This document shows, one piece after another, positions 9,781 through 21,300 of a stretch of 64,000 nucleotides of DNA. The stretch's first letter is position 1; every line of letters begins with the position of its first letter. The notes beneath the pieces were generated by a model. The model saw only the letters and a program-made list of their open reading frames with translations, was not told the DNA's origin and ran no database searches. Origin of the DNA: Flavobacteriales bacterium (GTDB lineage: Bacteria > Bacteroidota > Bacteroidia > Palsa-965). The position numbers and the translations under genes were made by a program. Where the stretch lies: the NCBI GenBank assembly GCA_040377305.1, contig JBEIPA010000009.1, positions 135,942-199,941 of the forward strand, given 5' to 3'.

Positions 9781-9969
9781 CGCGGATTCTGAAGTTGGTT
9801 TCCTGTTAATCTTTCACTCGGATCATCAAGGTATATTGAACGTTTCAATATTGGATTTTATGAGATAAGCTTAACACATCTATCTCATTAAATCCGCAGA
9901 GTGGCGTTTCTGTTCACCAGACTCATCCGAACGAGTGAATAGAAAACAACGAGCATCGTAATCCGCGTT
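9779..9969. repeat. About 190-bp element with a terminal 10-bp inverted repeat and nested internal inverted repeats
   Basis: AACGCGGATT (9779) / AATCCGCGTT (9960); inner pair GGATTTTATGAGATA / TATCTCATTAAATCC. Confidence 0.6.
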
Positions 9970-10129
9970 CCTTTTCTGCACGCGATCCCTGCATTTTTCG
10001 ACGATTCCACCCCTTTTCACTGACGAAACGTGGACACTCTGAGAGCCTATTTGCCTACCTTTGTTATCCCCAAAACAGTACGCAGTTTTCAGTGCGCGGT
10101 GCGCAGTGTCTGCCGAAAAACTTTACAAC

Positions 10130-11683
10130 ATGACTACAACAGCAACAGACACATTCGGAATCGCGAAAGCACTTAAGCAACTTGGTATTACTGAGAGCAA
10201 TTACGGCGCTTCAACCGGAACGATTCATTGGAACACAAAAGGCAAGAAAGTAGATTCATACTCTCCTGCTGATGGACAATTTATCGGCAGCACAAATCAG
10301 GCAGGTGATGAAGATTACCAACGCGTGATGAAAGCTGCAGAAGAAGCGTTCAAAGTGTGGCGCATGATGCCGGCACCGAAACGCGGAGAAGTTGTTCGTC
10401 AGATCGGCGACAAGCTTCGCGAGTTCAAACATCCGCTCGGTCAACTCGTTTCTTACGAAATGGGAAAATCGTTGCAGGAAGGTTTGGGCGAAGTACAGGA
10501 GATGATCGACATCTGCGATTTCGCAGTCGGACTATCACGTCAGCTCTACGGATTAACAATGCATAGCGAACGTCCCAAACACAGGATGTACGAGCAATAT
10601 CATCCACTCGGAATTGTAGGAATTATTTCTGCGTTCAATTTCCCGGTTGCTGTGTGGGCGTGGAATGCAGCACTCGCGTGGGTATGCGGAGACGTTTGCG
10701 TTTGGAAGCCATCATCGAAAACTCCGCTGTGCGCAATCGCGTGTCAGAATATTATTTCTTCCGTGTTGAAAGACAACAACGTGCCTGAAGGTGTTTCGTG
10801 TGTGCTCATCGGAAATCCGGTTGGCGATATGATGAACAACGACGGTCGTGTTCCTTTGATTTCTTTCACAGGCTCAACACGCATCGGAAGAATTGTTGCC
10901 GGTGCAACTGCGCAACGTTTCGGAAGATCAATTCTTGAACTTGGCGGAAACAATGCCATCATCGTTTCTGAACATGCAGATTTGAGCATGGTACTTGTTG
11001 GAGCTGTGTTCGGCGCAGTGGGAACAGCAGGACAGCGTTGCACATCAACACGTCGATTGATTGTTCACGAAAGCGTTTACGACAAAACAATTTCTGTTCT
11101 GAAGAACGCATACAATCAGTTGAGCATCGGCAATCCATTGGATTCAAAGAATCACGTTGGTCCGCTGATCGATGTGAAAGCAACCGAAGATTATCTCAAC
11201 GCGATTGAACGTGCGAAGAAAGAAGGCGGAAAAGTGATTGTTGAAGGCGGTGTTCTTTCCGGCGCAGGATACGAAAGCGGATGTTACGTGAAGCCGTGCA
11301 TCATAGAAGCGAAGAATGAATATCACATCGTACAGGAAGAGACATTTGCTCCGATTCTGTATGTGATGAAATACAAAACCATTGACGAAGCGATTGCGAT
11401 GCAGAATGGTGTTCCGCAAGGGTTGTCTTCATCGATCTTCACCAACAGCATGCGTGAAATGGAACAGTTCCTTTCTCACGAAGGATCTGATTGCGGAATT
11501 GCAAACGTGAACATTGGCACTTCAGGTGCGGAGATCGGCGGAGCATTCGGCGGTGAAAAAGAAACCGGTGGCGGACGTGAGTCGGGCTCTGATGCATGGA
11601 AAGTGTACATGCGCAGACAGACGAACACGATTAACTATTCTACAAGCCTGCCGTTGGCGCAGGGAATCAAGTTCGACTTGTAG
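10130..11683 (+). CDS. Aldehyde dehydrogenase, ALDH7 / alpha-aminoadipic semialdehyde dehydrogenase (AmaB-like)
   Basis: GEVQEMIDICDFAVGLSRQL, LELGGNNA, GTAGQRCT, GAEIGGAFGGEKETGGGRESGSDAWK, LPLAQGIKF. Promoter motif TACCTTTG at 10056-10063. Confidence 0.92.
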   Translation: MTTTATDTFGIAKALKQLGITESNYGASTGTIHWNTKGKKVDSYSPADGQFIGSTNQAGDEDYQRVMKAAEEAFKVWRMMPAPKRGEVVRQIGDKLREFKHPLGQLVSYEMGKSLQEGLGEVQEMIDICDFAVGLSRQLYGLTMHSERPKHRMYEQYHPLGIVGIISAFNFPVAVWAWNAALAWVCGDVCVWKPSSKTPLCAIACQNIISSVLKDNNVPEGVSCVLIGNPVGDMMNNDGRVPLISFTGSTRIGRIVAGATAQRFGRSILELGGNNAIIVSEHADLSMVLVGAVFGAVGTAGQRCTSTRRLIVHESVYDKTISVLKNAYNQLSIGNPLDSKNHVGPLIDVKATEDYLNAIERAKKEGGKVIVEGGVLSGAGYESGCYVKPCIIEAKNEYHIVQEETFAPILYVMKYKTIDEAIAMQNGVPQGLSSSIFTNSMREMEQFLSHEGSDCGIANVNIGTSGAEIGGAFGGEKETGGGRESGSDAWKVYMRRQTNTINYSTSLPLAQGIKFDL

Positions 11684-11696
11684 GCTAAAAATTATT

Positions 11697-11754
11697 TGAC
11701 CACAAAGCGCAAAGTCACAAAGAAAATTTGTGGCTTTTGTGTTTCATGTGGTTA
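11697..11754. repeat. Inverted octamer-period arms (CACAAAG / TTTGTG)
   Basis: ACCACAAAGCGCAAAGTCACAAAG followed by TTTGTGGCTTTTGTGTTTCATGTGGT. Confidence 0.65.
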
Positions 11755-11771
11755 AGGCTAACTTTGAAAGC

Positions 11772-13001
11772 ATGAAGCTGATACGGATCTTGTTTGTGCT
11801 TGTTTTGTCAACGTCTACATTGTTCGCGAAAGATTTGCTGCGTGCGGGTCAATGGCGCGGCATGTTGCAGATGAACGACACTACAGAACTTCCTTTCACA
11901 TTTGAGATTCAACATGGTGATGGAGGATCTTTTTTCACCGTGATTAACGCAAGTGAACGGATTCTTGTAGATGCATTTGTATTCACAAACGATTCTGTGA
12001 AATGGACGATGCCCGTGTTTAATACGAAGTTTCGATGCAGACGCGAAAGTGATTCAACGTTTTCGGGCGAGTGGAATAACACAGCTGCCAGTAAACCGTA
12101 TGTGCTGAAATTTCGTGCGGTGTATGGAGAGTCGCGTTTTCCGGTAGTTCCGCAGTGTGCGGGCTTTTACGATTTCGAGGGAAAGTGGGAATGCACATTT
12201 TCACCGGGGGAGAAAAGTCAGAGTAAAGCAATCGGACTTTTCAGTTTCGGAGATCACGGAACGTACACGGGAACATTTGCAACTGAGTTTGGCGATTATC
12301 GTTTTCTCGAGGGAGCACATACGGCATGTGATGAAATTGCCTTATCGTGTTTTGATGGCCAGTTTGCATTTCTTTTCATAATGAAAGTGCGCTTCGATTC
12401 CATGCAGGGAGAATATTGGTCCGGAAAATATTATCACGAAACATGGAAAGCAAAACGCAACGACAATTTTGAATTGCGCGATCCTGATAAGCTCGCTTGG
12501 GCAAAAGATTCCACCGATGTTGATTTCACATTCAACGATCTAAATGGAAAACCAGTCTCGCTTTCTGATTACAGAGGAAAAGTTGTAATCCTGCAAGTGA
12601 TGGGTACATGGTGTCCGAATTGTCTGGATGAAACAAAGTGGATGCAGGAAGTGTACACGAAGTATCACGATCAGGGATTGGAAATTATCGGACTTTCCTA
12701 CGAACGTAAAGGTGATACAGCTACACAAAACGCTGCGATCCGAAGAATACGTGATCGATTTGGTGTAACGTATACATTGCTGAATACCGGCAAGAGCGGC
12801 AAGGATTCTGCATCAGCCAGTTTGCCATTCATCAGTGGAATATTTGCTTTTCCAACGAGCATTTACATTGACAGAAGCGGAAATGTACGACGTATTCACA
12901 GTGGATACAACGGCCCTGCGACGGGGGCATATTACACACGTGATTCAGAGCATGCATTGCGATTGATTCAGGAATTGCTCGCAGAGAAACCGAAGAAGTA
13001 A
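11772..13001 (+). CDS. TlpA/ResA-like thiol-disulfide oxidoreductase with an N-terminal extension
   Basis: MGTWCPNC CxxC motif, AFPTSIYIDRSG; signal peptide; TAACTTTG 5 nt upstream of the ATG. Confidence 0.88.
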   Translation: MKLIRILFVLVLSTSTLFAKDLLRAGQWRGMLQMNDTTELPFTFEIQHGDGGSFFTVINASERILVDAFVFTNDSVKWTMPVFNTKFRCRRESDSTFSGEWNNTAASKPYVLKFRAVYGESRFPVVPQCAGFYDFEGKWECTFSPGEKSQSKAIGLFSFGDHGTYTGTFATEFGDYRFLEGAHTACDEIALSCFDGQFAFLFIMKVRFDSMQGEYWSGKYYHETWKAKRNDNFELRDPDKLAWAKDSTDVDFTFNDLNGKPVSLSDYRGKVVILQVMGTWCPNCLDETKWMQEVYTKYHDQGLEIIGLSYERKGDTATQNAAIRRIRDRFGVTYTLLNTGKSGKDSASASLPFISGIFAFPTSIYIDRSGNVRRIHSGYNGPATGAYYTRDSEHALRLIQELLAEKPKK

Positions 13002-13765
13002 TGCAGAACAACCGCTTCTTTCTCAAGCTGTCTTATCTCGGCACGGAATATTCCGGCTGGCAGTTCCAGTTGAATGTTCCAACCGTGCAGGAAACACTTG
13101 AGAAAACGCTTTCGGCAATTCTTCACGAAAAGATTACGGTTATCGGTTGTGGCAGAACAGATGCCGGAGTTCATGCCTCAGAATATTTCGCACACATTGA
13201 TGCAACACGAAACGATTTGCACAGTGATCCGCAATTTCTTTTTCGTTTGAACAAGTCATTGCCGCCTTCTATTGCCGTGCACACCGTGTATGCCGTGCCG
13301 GAAACTGCACACGCACGATTTTCCGCAACATCGAGAAGCTACACGTATTTCATCACTCCAACGAAGAATGCAATTGACAGCGCAACATCGTGGTACGTTC
13401 ACGAACCGTTGAATATTGACGCGATGAATGAAGCAGCAGAAATCATTCTTAGTTACGATGATTTTATTTCCTTCAGCAAAACGGGAGGTGAAATGAAAAC
13501 GAGTTTGTGCAGAGTGACACATTCGCAGTGGACCGAAGAGAATGGCAAGATTGTTTATCGCATTACTTCGAATCGATTTTTGCGCAACATGGTTCGTATG
13601 TGTGTAGGTACGATGGTGGAAGTAGGAGCAGGGAGAATGTCCCCACAACGCGTGAAGGAATTATTGGACGGAAAAAAGCAACCGGAAATTCTGCATATCG
13701 CTCATGCGAATGGATTATTTTTGAGTGAGGTGAAGTATCCAATTATATTCGAACAAAATGTCTGA
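13001..13765 (+). CDS. truA: tRNA pseudouridine(38-40) synthase
   Basis: YSGWQ, GCGRTDAGVHA, HARFSA and FLRNMVR motifs. Confidence 0.97.
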   Translation: MQNNRFFLKLSYLGTEYSGWQFQLNVPTVQETLEKTLSAILHEKITVIGCGRTDAGVHASEYFAHIDATRNDLHSDPQFLFRLNKSLPPSIAVHTVYAVPETAHARFSATSRSYTYFITPTKNAIDSATSWYVHEPLNIDAMNEAAEIILSYDDFISFSKTGGEMKTSLCRVTHSQWTEENGKIVYRITSNRFLRNMVRMCVGTMVEVGAGRMSPQRVKELLDGKKQPEILHIAHANGLFLSEVKYPIIFEQNV

Positions 13766-13988
13766 AGACGCAATCATTTGGATCAGCATTGCTGGCGTTG
13801 GGGTTTTAGCGGCCCTGATTGTGGCGCTCGCGAATTATTTCACGATACGTTCTCAACAACGTCGTGGAAAGCAAATGATGAAGAACATTACGGATGGAAA
13901 ATACGACAAGAGCAAAAAGCATTTTGGTGATCAGGGCGGTTGGGAAACTGATGAGTATACGGACACGACGAATGCACCGCCGAAATAA
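13758..13988 (+). CDS. Small single-TM membrane protein
   Basis: Overlaps the truA stop; hydrophobic N-terminus followed by a charged tail. Confidence 0.6.
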   Translation: MSEDAIIWISIAGVGVLAALIVALANYFTIRSQQRRGKQMMKNITDGKYDKSKKHFGDQGGWETDEYTDTTNAPPK

Positions 13989-14020
13989 ATAATTTGACGA
14001 GCAATCCCTCCATCTGCACT

Positions 14021-16153
14021 TTAATTTCCTTTCGCAAACGACAACGTAAATTTTGTCCCCCGGCCCGCAGTACTTTTCACCTGAACTTTTCCTTCTAGCT
14101 TTTCAATTGCTTTCTTTACAAGATACAATCCCAATCCTGAGCCTTCCGGAGAATTTGTTCCTTTGAAATACATATCGAATATCTTATCCTGAATTTCCAT
14201 AGGAATCCCTATTCCGTTATCCTCCACCGTTATTATTGTGGAATCAGAAGTTTGTATAAAATCAATATTCAGGAACGAATGATCAAGTGCATGGTTCTGA
14301 TAGCGGATGCCGTTCTCAATTAAGTGAACCAATACCGTTTTTAACAGAAAGAGATTTGTGCGCATAATAGCGCTGTTGGGAATATTGATGTTCAACTTTA
14401 TTCTGGAGTAGCCGTAATTGTTGTGCATCAGAGAAATCATTTCCTGAATAATAACTTTCGGGTAAACAAGATCATCGCGCTTAACCGTCTCTTTAATTTC
14501 CATGGCGCGAATAAACTGCGTACGTATAACATTCAGTTTCTTCGCCTGACTTTCGATCATCGCGATGTACTTGACCGCCAGCGGATCTGATATATCCTGT
14601 TTGCTCACTTCAATCAATCCCAGAATGGAAGATAGCGGAGCGTGCAGATCGTGGGAGGATTTATAAATGTATGTTTCCAGCTCACTCGCTGAATTGCGCA
14701 GACTTTCTTTAGCCACGGTAATTTCTGTGATGTCCTGACACACGCCGAATAATCCAGTGGGTTTTCCATTCTCACCGAACTCAAATTTGCAGATGGAGTG
14801 AATGTGCTTAACCGTTCCATCACTCAACACAATGCGATGTTCAATATCCGAATCCTTGTAAGAATCCTGATCACACTGAAGCTGTAGCAATACGGCCGGT
14901 CGATCCTGAGGATGAATCAGGGAAACCCATTGTTCAAAATCATAAACAGTTTCAGTTGCCGGCAACCCATAGATCTTACAAGTTTCTTCCGAGCAATTGG
15001 CTTTTCCGGTCGTAAAATCCAATTCCCAATGTCCTACTTTGGCGATTGACTGCGCCCGCTTCAGCAACATTTTCTTGTATTGATTTTCTTCGAGCGTTTT
15101 TTTCAGTTCACTGATATCTGTTATTGCATGTGTAGTTCCAATGCGAATCCCGTGGTCGTTGAGGCAAGGTGAATTTTTGGTGATCGCCCAAATTGATTCT
15201 CCCGATTTGGTCTTTAGGTTTAATTCAGCCGTACCCGAATTCTCAGTCCATACTACTGAACCTAATCCGTTCAATAGTAGTGAAGAGTTCGATCCGTAAA
15301 GTTCGTCCTGATTATAACCTAAAAGCGCGCGAAAGCTATTGTTGGTATACATGACATGACCGTTCAGGTCAACCATTACGACACCTTCGGACATGGTGTC
15401 GATAATCCGGTCTACTTGTTTTCTTGGAGAGAAATCGAGCAGATTGTATTTCTTAATCGCGATGTAGGCGATCACAGAGAATACAGTCATGAGTGGAGTA
15501 GTAAGTGGCACCAGGTCGATGTGGAGAGCTAGCGGAAATATGATCTCCGAGATAAGACCACCTAAGTAAGGAACTGTAACTCCAATTAGCAGCAACAGGT
15601 ATGGACGGCGCGCAATTTTGTCTTTCCTGTTTTTCCAGTATGCTCTCCATAATAGAACGGGCATCAACAAGGAGACACCAGCGATAAACATGTACACCAC
15701 GTGATTAGCCGCTGAATTATCCGGATTAGCGATCCAACCCCAAGCGGAATTATACACCAGGGTGTGTTTGCAATCACCAGCAAATATGATCATCTCCAAT
15801 AGGAATGCAGGCAGTATGAAGGGAGCTACGTGTTTGCCCGATTCAACCAGCTTTGACAAACGCGTGTATTCCAAAACCACAATTGCACCTGCTGCTGCAA
15901 TGAATACCCAGGGCGAAAATGATATTTTTTGCCAGCGTGTAGCTGCTTGTTCGGTCACCGACATGTGCATCATTCCATCGGAAAATTGCGCAACCCCTAA
16001 CAGGAAAATGAAGAGAACAAATACTCTGTTCAAACGCGTTCCCGGGAGTTTCACTGTAACAAATACGGCCAGCACCAGATTGATCAATGCGGGCAGAATG
16101 TACAGGGGAATATTACTGATCCAGGTTGAATTAATATCAAATAACTGTGTCAT
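14021..16153 (-). CDS. Sensor histidine kinase: 7TM N-terminus, two PAS domains, HisKA and HATPase
   Basis: Multiple TM segments; SHDLHAP H-box, ENGIRY N-box, DNGIGI and GSGLGL. Confidence 0.9.
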   Translation of the reverse strand: MTQLFDINSTWISNIPLYILPALINLVLAVFVTVKLPGTRLNRVFVLFIFLLGVAQFSDGMMHMSVTEQAATRWQKISFSPWVFIAAAGAIVVLEYTRLSKLVESGKHVAPFILPAFLLEMIIFAGDCKHTLVYNSAWGWIANPDNSAANHVVYMFIAGVSLLMPVLLWRAYWKNRKDKIARRPYLLLLIGVTVPYLGGLISEIIFPLALHIDLVPLTTPLMTVFSVIAYIAIKKYNLLDFSPRKQVDRIIDTMSEGVVMVDLNGHVMYTNNSFRALLGYNQDELYGSNSSLLLNGLGSVVWTENSGTAELNLKTKSGESIWAITKNSPCLNDHGIRIGTTHAITDISELKKTLEENQYKKMLLKRAQSIAKVGHWELDFTTGKANCSEETCKIYGLPATETVYDFEQWVSLIHPQDRPAVLLQLQCDQDSYKDSDIEHRIVLSDGTVKHIHSICKFEFGENGKPTGLFGVCQDITEITVAKESLRNSASELETYIYKSSHDLHAPLSSILGLIEVSKQDISDPLAVKYIAMIESQAKKLNVIRTQFIRAMEIKETVKRDDLVYPKVIIQEMISLMHNNYGYSRIKLNINIPNSAIMRTNLFLLKTVLVHLIENGIRYQNHALDHSFLNIDFIQTSDSTIITVEDNGIGIPMEIQDKIFDMYFKGTNSPEGSGLGLYLVKKAIEKLEGKVQVKSTAGRGTKFTLSFAKGN

Positions 16154-16546
16154 TTCTTTAGTAAAAATTTGAACTACAAAAGTCCGGCAAGAGCTGCCTC
16201 TAATTCATGACCAAGATCACATGCGAATTTTGCCGGTTGCAGTGGAACAATCGAGTCAAAGGGCAGTATTTAAGACGCAATGTGCTGTATTGAGCATGTA
16301 ACGGCATTATAAGAGAGGAGACGTGAAAACTGACTTTTATCAGGTGGCGCCGGACAAATGCAGGACATTCTGCATATTTTGCCAATGGCATTTTGGGTTT
16401 GGCAGTTATTGCAACATGCGGAAGTGCCGGTCAGAACTTGAGGTAATTATTGGTTTAACTGCAATTCGAAGCAAGCCATAGGCACAATCCCGTTTCTCAG
16501 TTCACTGCAGTTGGTGTTATTTCGTTGCACAATAGATTCTCATACT

Positions 16547-17212
16547 ATGAAACGGATGTCTTTCTTTTTTGTAATGCTCGCGCCGGTTTTTGCTCAGGCA
16601 CAATCTGTACCAACCAGAGACACAATTGTCTATTTCTTCAAGCCGCACTTTACGCTGTTCGTAGCTCCGCTGGCAATGGCGGATTACATCGGCGGGTACA
16701 ATTTCCGTTTTGGCACAGAATATTCTCTCGGGGAAAATGTAAACGGATTGACCGAAGTGAGTGTGTATATGCCTTGGCATCAGCACTACAATTATGTTTC
16801 AGGATTCAAAGTGAGACAGGATTTCCGCAAGTACAACATGAGTAAAATGATGTTCGCAGGTGGATCAATCATGCTTAAGCAGCAGAACATTGATCACATT
16901 GCCGTAATTCCGATTACCGATTCCACGTATTACAAAAAATCGTACACACTCCATAAAACCATTGTGTCGCCTTCATTCACCATTGGATTTAATCAAAATA
17001 TCTACAACCATTGGTATTTTGACGTTGCGGCTTACGCCGGATTCCGATTAAAGTCTGCTAATACGGAAGGCTTGACACCAACGGAACGCTCCACGATGTG
17101 GAACTACGATATTGAATATGATGACCTGGACAGGAAGACGATGCTGAAGCAGGGGCAACACATCGGAATTGAATTGCAGGCATGTCTGAGAATCGGATAT
17201 GTATTTAGCTGA
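16547..17212 (+). CDS. Probable outer-membrane beta-barrel protein (DUF3575-like)
   Basis: Signal peptide, alternating strand pattern, C-terminal LRIGYVFS. Confidence 0.6.
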   Translation: MKRMSFFFVMLAPVFAQAQSVPTRDTIVYFFKPHFTLFVAPLAMADYIGGYNFRFGTEYSLGENVNGLTEVSVYMPWHQHYNYVSGFKVRQDFRKYNMSKMMFAGGSIMLKQQNIDHIAVIPITDSTYYKKSYTLHKTIVSPSFTIGFNQNIYNHWYFDVAAYAGFRLKSANTEGLTPTERSTMWNYDIEYDDLDRKTMLKQGQHIGIELQACLRIGYVFS

Positions 17213-17296
17213 GTATTTGTATTAACTTTTCTGCATGAAATCCAGACGGCGGTCCCGCCAGCATTCACTATTTGAGTTTTTGAACACGTGTTGTCT

Positions 17297-18118
17297 ATGA
17301 GAAATTATTTTATTCCGATTTCGTTTCTGCTGATTTTGCTATCCGGTTGTGGTGACCATCAGAACGTAGAAACAACAGTTGATCCATCCGACTCCATTAT
17401 TTTCAAAGACGCACAGGGAAATTTTCTGACTCTCGCAGATCTGGACAGCTTCTCCGGCACGATTGCCTATGAAATTCCCGACGACATCGAAGTGAATCCG
17501 GAAGCGAGTCGTTTGCATCAGGAAGGACGAATGCTTGCTGGGGAAGGCAAATACGCCGAGTCGGTCGAAAAGCTAAAAGCCGCAATGGAGATTCAACCGG
17601 AGTGGGCGTATCCACCGTACGATCTTGCGTACACGTATTCACTCATGGGTGATGATGCGAGCGCCCTGAAATACTACGAGCTTACCGATTCACTTCGCCC
17701 GCATGGATTTTTCACCTGCAAAACAGCATTGTGGAGCTTACGCGCAGAACGTGATGGAAAATTTCCACATGGCGCATACATGACCTTCATGCAGATTGAA
17801 TGGTCATCGAACGACAAGGAGAAAAAGGCAATCGCGCAAATGATTGTTGACACACTTCCATTGTACGCTCCGGCGTGGATGGAGTTAAGTCATTTGCTCG
17901 AAGACAATCTCGCGCGACTGGATGCCATTGAACGCGGACTGGCTGCAGATCCTGATGCAGAAACAAAGGGAATGATGCTCATTAACAAAGCGGCTATTCT
18001 GAATTTGCAAGGACAGCACGATGAAGGAGTGGCTATTCTAGGCGAAGTTATTTTTGATCCGGAAACGACGGGCTCGAATAGAGAATTAGCAAAGACGACG
18101 TTGAAGACGTTTTATTAG
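17297..18118 (+). CDS. TPR-containing lipoprotein
   Basis: LLSGC lipobox; TPR-like helices (GKYAESVEKLKAAMEIQPEWAYPPYDLA). Confidence 0.75.
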   Translation: MRNYFIPISFLLILLSGCGDHQNVETTVDPSDSIIFKDAQGNFLTLADLDSFSGTIAYEIPDDIEVNPEASRLHQEGRMLAGEGKYAESVEKLKAAMEIQPEWAYPPYDLAYTYSLMGDDASALKYYELTDSLRPHGFFTCKTALWSLRAERDGKFPHGAYMTFMQIEWSSNDKEKKAIAQMIVDTLPLYAPAWMELSHLLEDNLARLDAIERGLAADPDAETKGMMLINKAAILNLQGQHDEGVAILGEVIFDPETTGSNRELAKTTLKTFY

Positions 18119-18146
18119 GAACGCCATGAAACTTAGTAAAAGGATT

Positions 18147-18180
18147 AAACGCTCAATGTTCAACGGTCAAGTGTCAAGTG
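18147..18180. repeat. Diverged single arm related to the four-helix-bundle repeat arm
   Basis: AAACGCTCAATGTTCAACGGTCAA vs AAACGCCAAATGTTCAATGTTCAA, 20/24 identical. Confidence 0.55.
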
Positions 18181-18191
18181 AAAAACAAAAC

Positions 18192-18231
18192 AAAAACGCT
18201 CTTCTCAGCCGCGGCTGACGAAGAGCGCTTT
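18192..18231. terminator. Probable intrinsic terminator between convergent genes
   Basis: AAAAACGCTCTTC...GAAGAGCGCTTT hairpin. Confidence 0.65.
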
Positions 18232-18302
18232 CGCCCAGACCAATTAACACACAATCAAAATTCCAGCGGCATAAAAACCCATATCTACACAGCTGGATAA
18301 AT

Positions 18303-21300
18303 TTATTTCAGCAACGTTACACTTCCTGTGAATTTGTGTTGCTTGCCTTCGAAGTCTTTGATGAATACCTTATAAACATAAACGTCTTGCTGTGCAATTT
18401 CAGTTCCTCCGCTTGCGCGACCGTCCCAACCTTCGTAGAGATCATCGCTTTCGAAAATCAGGTTGCCCCAACGGTCGTACATCTGCATGGTAAACGTGTT
18501 GATCTCTGTTGCGTAAACGTAGAATGATTCGTTGATACCGTCCCCGTTTGGCGTGAATGCAGTTGGAATGAAGATGGTGAACTCCGGCGTTACTTCCACG
18601 AGGTGTTCTACCGTATCCATGCATCCACCGAATGATTCTGCAATCAAGCGAACATTGTAGGTTCCAACGCGAGCGTACGTATGTGCAGGTGAAGCGAGTG
18701 TTGATGTTGCTGTGTCGCCAAAATCCCAGAGCCATCCCAGTGTATTAACCGAACACAGGTCGGTGAATAGGATCGTTGGTTCTACAATTGTCACCTCGTC
18801 GGTTGATGAAGTGAAATTGGCAAGTGGAGAATCGTAGACGATAAGCGTCACCTGATTACTGTTGGTGCCCGTGCAACCGAACGGACTTGTTGCCGTTACA
18901 CTCACGGTGTAGTTTCCACTCAGTGTGTAATCGTGGTTCGTAGTTGCACCGGTTCCTGTTGAGTTGTCGCCAAAATCCCAGAAGTAAGTACAACCTGTAT
19001 TTACTGCTGCGGTATCATTGAACGTAAGATTAACCGCATCACAACCTGAACCAAACTGCGGATCAAGCGTTACAACCGGAATCTGATGCACTGTTACCTG
19101 TGTGGTAGCAGGAACAACAACTCCACAAATGTTTGTTACGTTCACGCTGTAAGTTGTTGTTTGCGTTGGATACACCGTGTGTGGACCAGGTCCGAATACA
19201 TTGATGCTCCAGTTCCATGTGAGTGGGCCGGTATTTCCGTTTACGCTGGTTGTAATTTGTGCACTTGCGCCTGCGCAGATGGATGGAGATGAAGATACAC
19301 TCAGGTTCGCAGGAGAGAATTGGAACACATCAGCCGCAATGGTAAGCGGTGCACTTGCACATCCGTTCGCATCGACTGCACTCACTGTCCATGTTGTTGG
19401 CGCAGCAGCATACACGGTGTATGAACTTGCATTTCCGAGATTCGGCGACCAGTTGTAGGTGTATGTTCCTGTTCCACCTGATCCGTAAGCTGCGATCATG
19501 AAAGCCTGGTTCAGACAAATTGTATCGCCGGGAGAAACCGCAACCACCACAGGCGTTGGTTCAGTGATTGTAACTGTGCCGATTGTTGCACACCCGTTTG
19601 CATCTGTAACTGTAACGGTGAACATTCCTGCAATCATGTTGGCTGCGTTTGCGTTGAACTGTGCAGGCATTGTGTTCCAGCTATACGTGTAGGGAGCAGT
19701 TCCGCCTGATGATTGTACAGCGGCAGTTCCGTCGTTGCCACCATGACAGGTAACAGGAGTCCAACCAGTCATGATTGTATTCAGCGCCGGTGGCTGGGTA
19801 ATGTTTATCGTGTTTACAGAAACGCACCCGTTTGCATCAATGATTGTTGCGGAAACATTTCCTGCACTGAGATTGATTGCATTCAAACCATTCTGCACCG
19901 GATTACTGCTCCAGGATACATTGTATGGACCAACACCGCCGTTTACGTTGATGGAAGTTGAGCCATTTGCGCCACCGTAACAAGTAACATCAGAAACGTT
20001 AATCGTACTGGTGATTGCAAGTGGTTCTGTGATTGACACATTTTGTGTTGTCGTGCAACCATTCGCATCAGAGATCACGACACTGTAGTTTCCTGCAGTG
20101 AGACTAGTTGCCGTTGCAGTTGTTTGCGCAGGTGCAGAATTCCAGCTGTAGTTATAAGGTAGTGTCCCCCCTGATGGTGTTGTACTCGCAGAGCCGTTTG
20201 TTCCCTGAGCGCATGTTACATCACTGATTACATTGCTGATTGCAGTGAGTGCAGATAGCGGTTGTGTAATCGTGTACGTTGCAGTTTGTGTACAACCACT
20301 TGCTGTAGTAACAACCACACTGTATGTTCCTGCAGAAACTCCAATGAGATTTGCAGTTGTTGTGTTGTTCGACCACTGATAGGTGTATGGTTGTTGTCCA
20401 CCGTTAACGTTTAAGTAAATGTCTTCTGTTCCGCCGAAGCACGCAATGTCGTTGTAAGTTGCCGTAACGTTTGAATTCGCCGGACCAGGAATAACAACAG
20501 CCACTGCGTTCGAGACGCATCCCGTAGCATCTGTAACATACACGGTATAAGTTCCCGCGGTTAACCCATTCGCGTTGGCGCTATTGCCTCCTGAGGGTTG
20601 CCAGTTGAAACTATACGGACCGGTCCCTCCGGTAGCTAGTGCAGTTGCAGTGCCATTTGATGCACCACAGTTAGTGGCTGTTGTAGTTACGCCCACGTTG
20701 AACCCAGTAACCGTTATGCAGAAAGCATAGGTTTGAGATCCCGCGTATGGACATGCATCATCGCTCACAGTTACAGTGAAGCACCATGGCGTTGTACTGA
20801 TATCGGCTTGTGTTGGAATCCACGAGAAGTTTCCTGTTGGAAGCGGTCCACCAGTTGTGTTAAATGTTCCGCCGGCGATTCCGCTGTTCCAGGTCATCGT
20901 AATATTTTGTCCTGCATCCGGATCGTTTGAAAAAATGTTGAACTGAATAAGGGAGCCGGCGCAACCGGATATACTATATGTATTTGTATTGTTAATTCCG
21001 GTTGCAGACGGAAGGTTATTGTTGCACATCACCGTGCGTACTTGTATGTCGCGAACAATTGTTCCGATCAGAACTCCGTTTCTCCATTCCTCAACGCGAA
21101 CAGCCATCACTGCTACAATGATCTGGCTTGGATTCATACAGATGTCGCCTGTTACCGGATTTATGGAGACAGCCGGAACGGAAGGTATAGGATTCACTGC
21201 GGAATAAGGTGCGAGGAATGTCACCGGTGCAGCAGGGCCCGACAGTGGATCGACTAACGAATAAGCGAGTGAATCGCCATCGATATCGAGCGCTCCGTGA

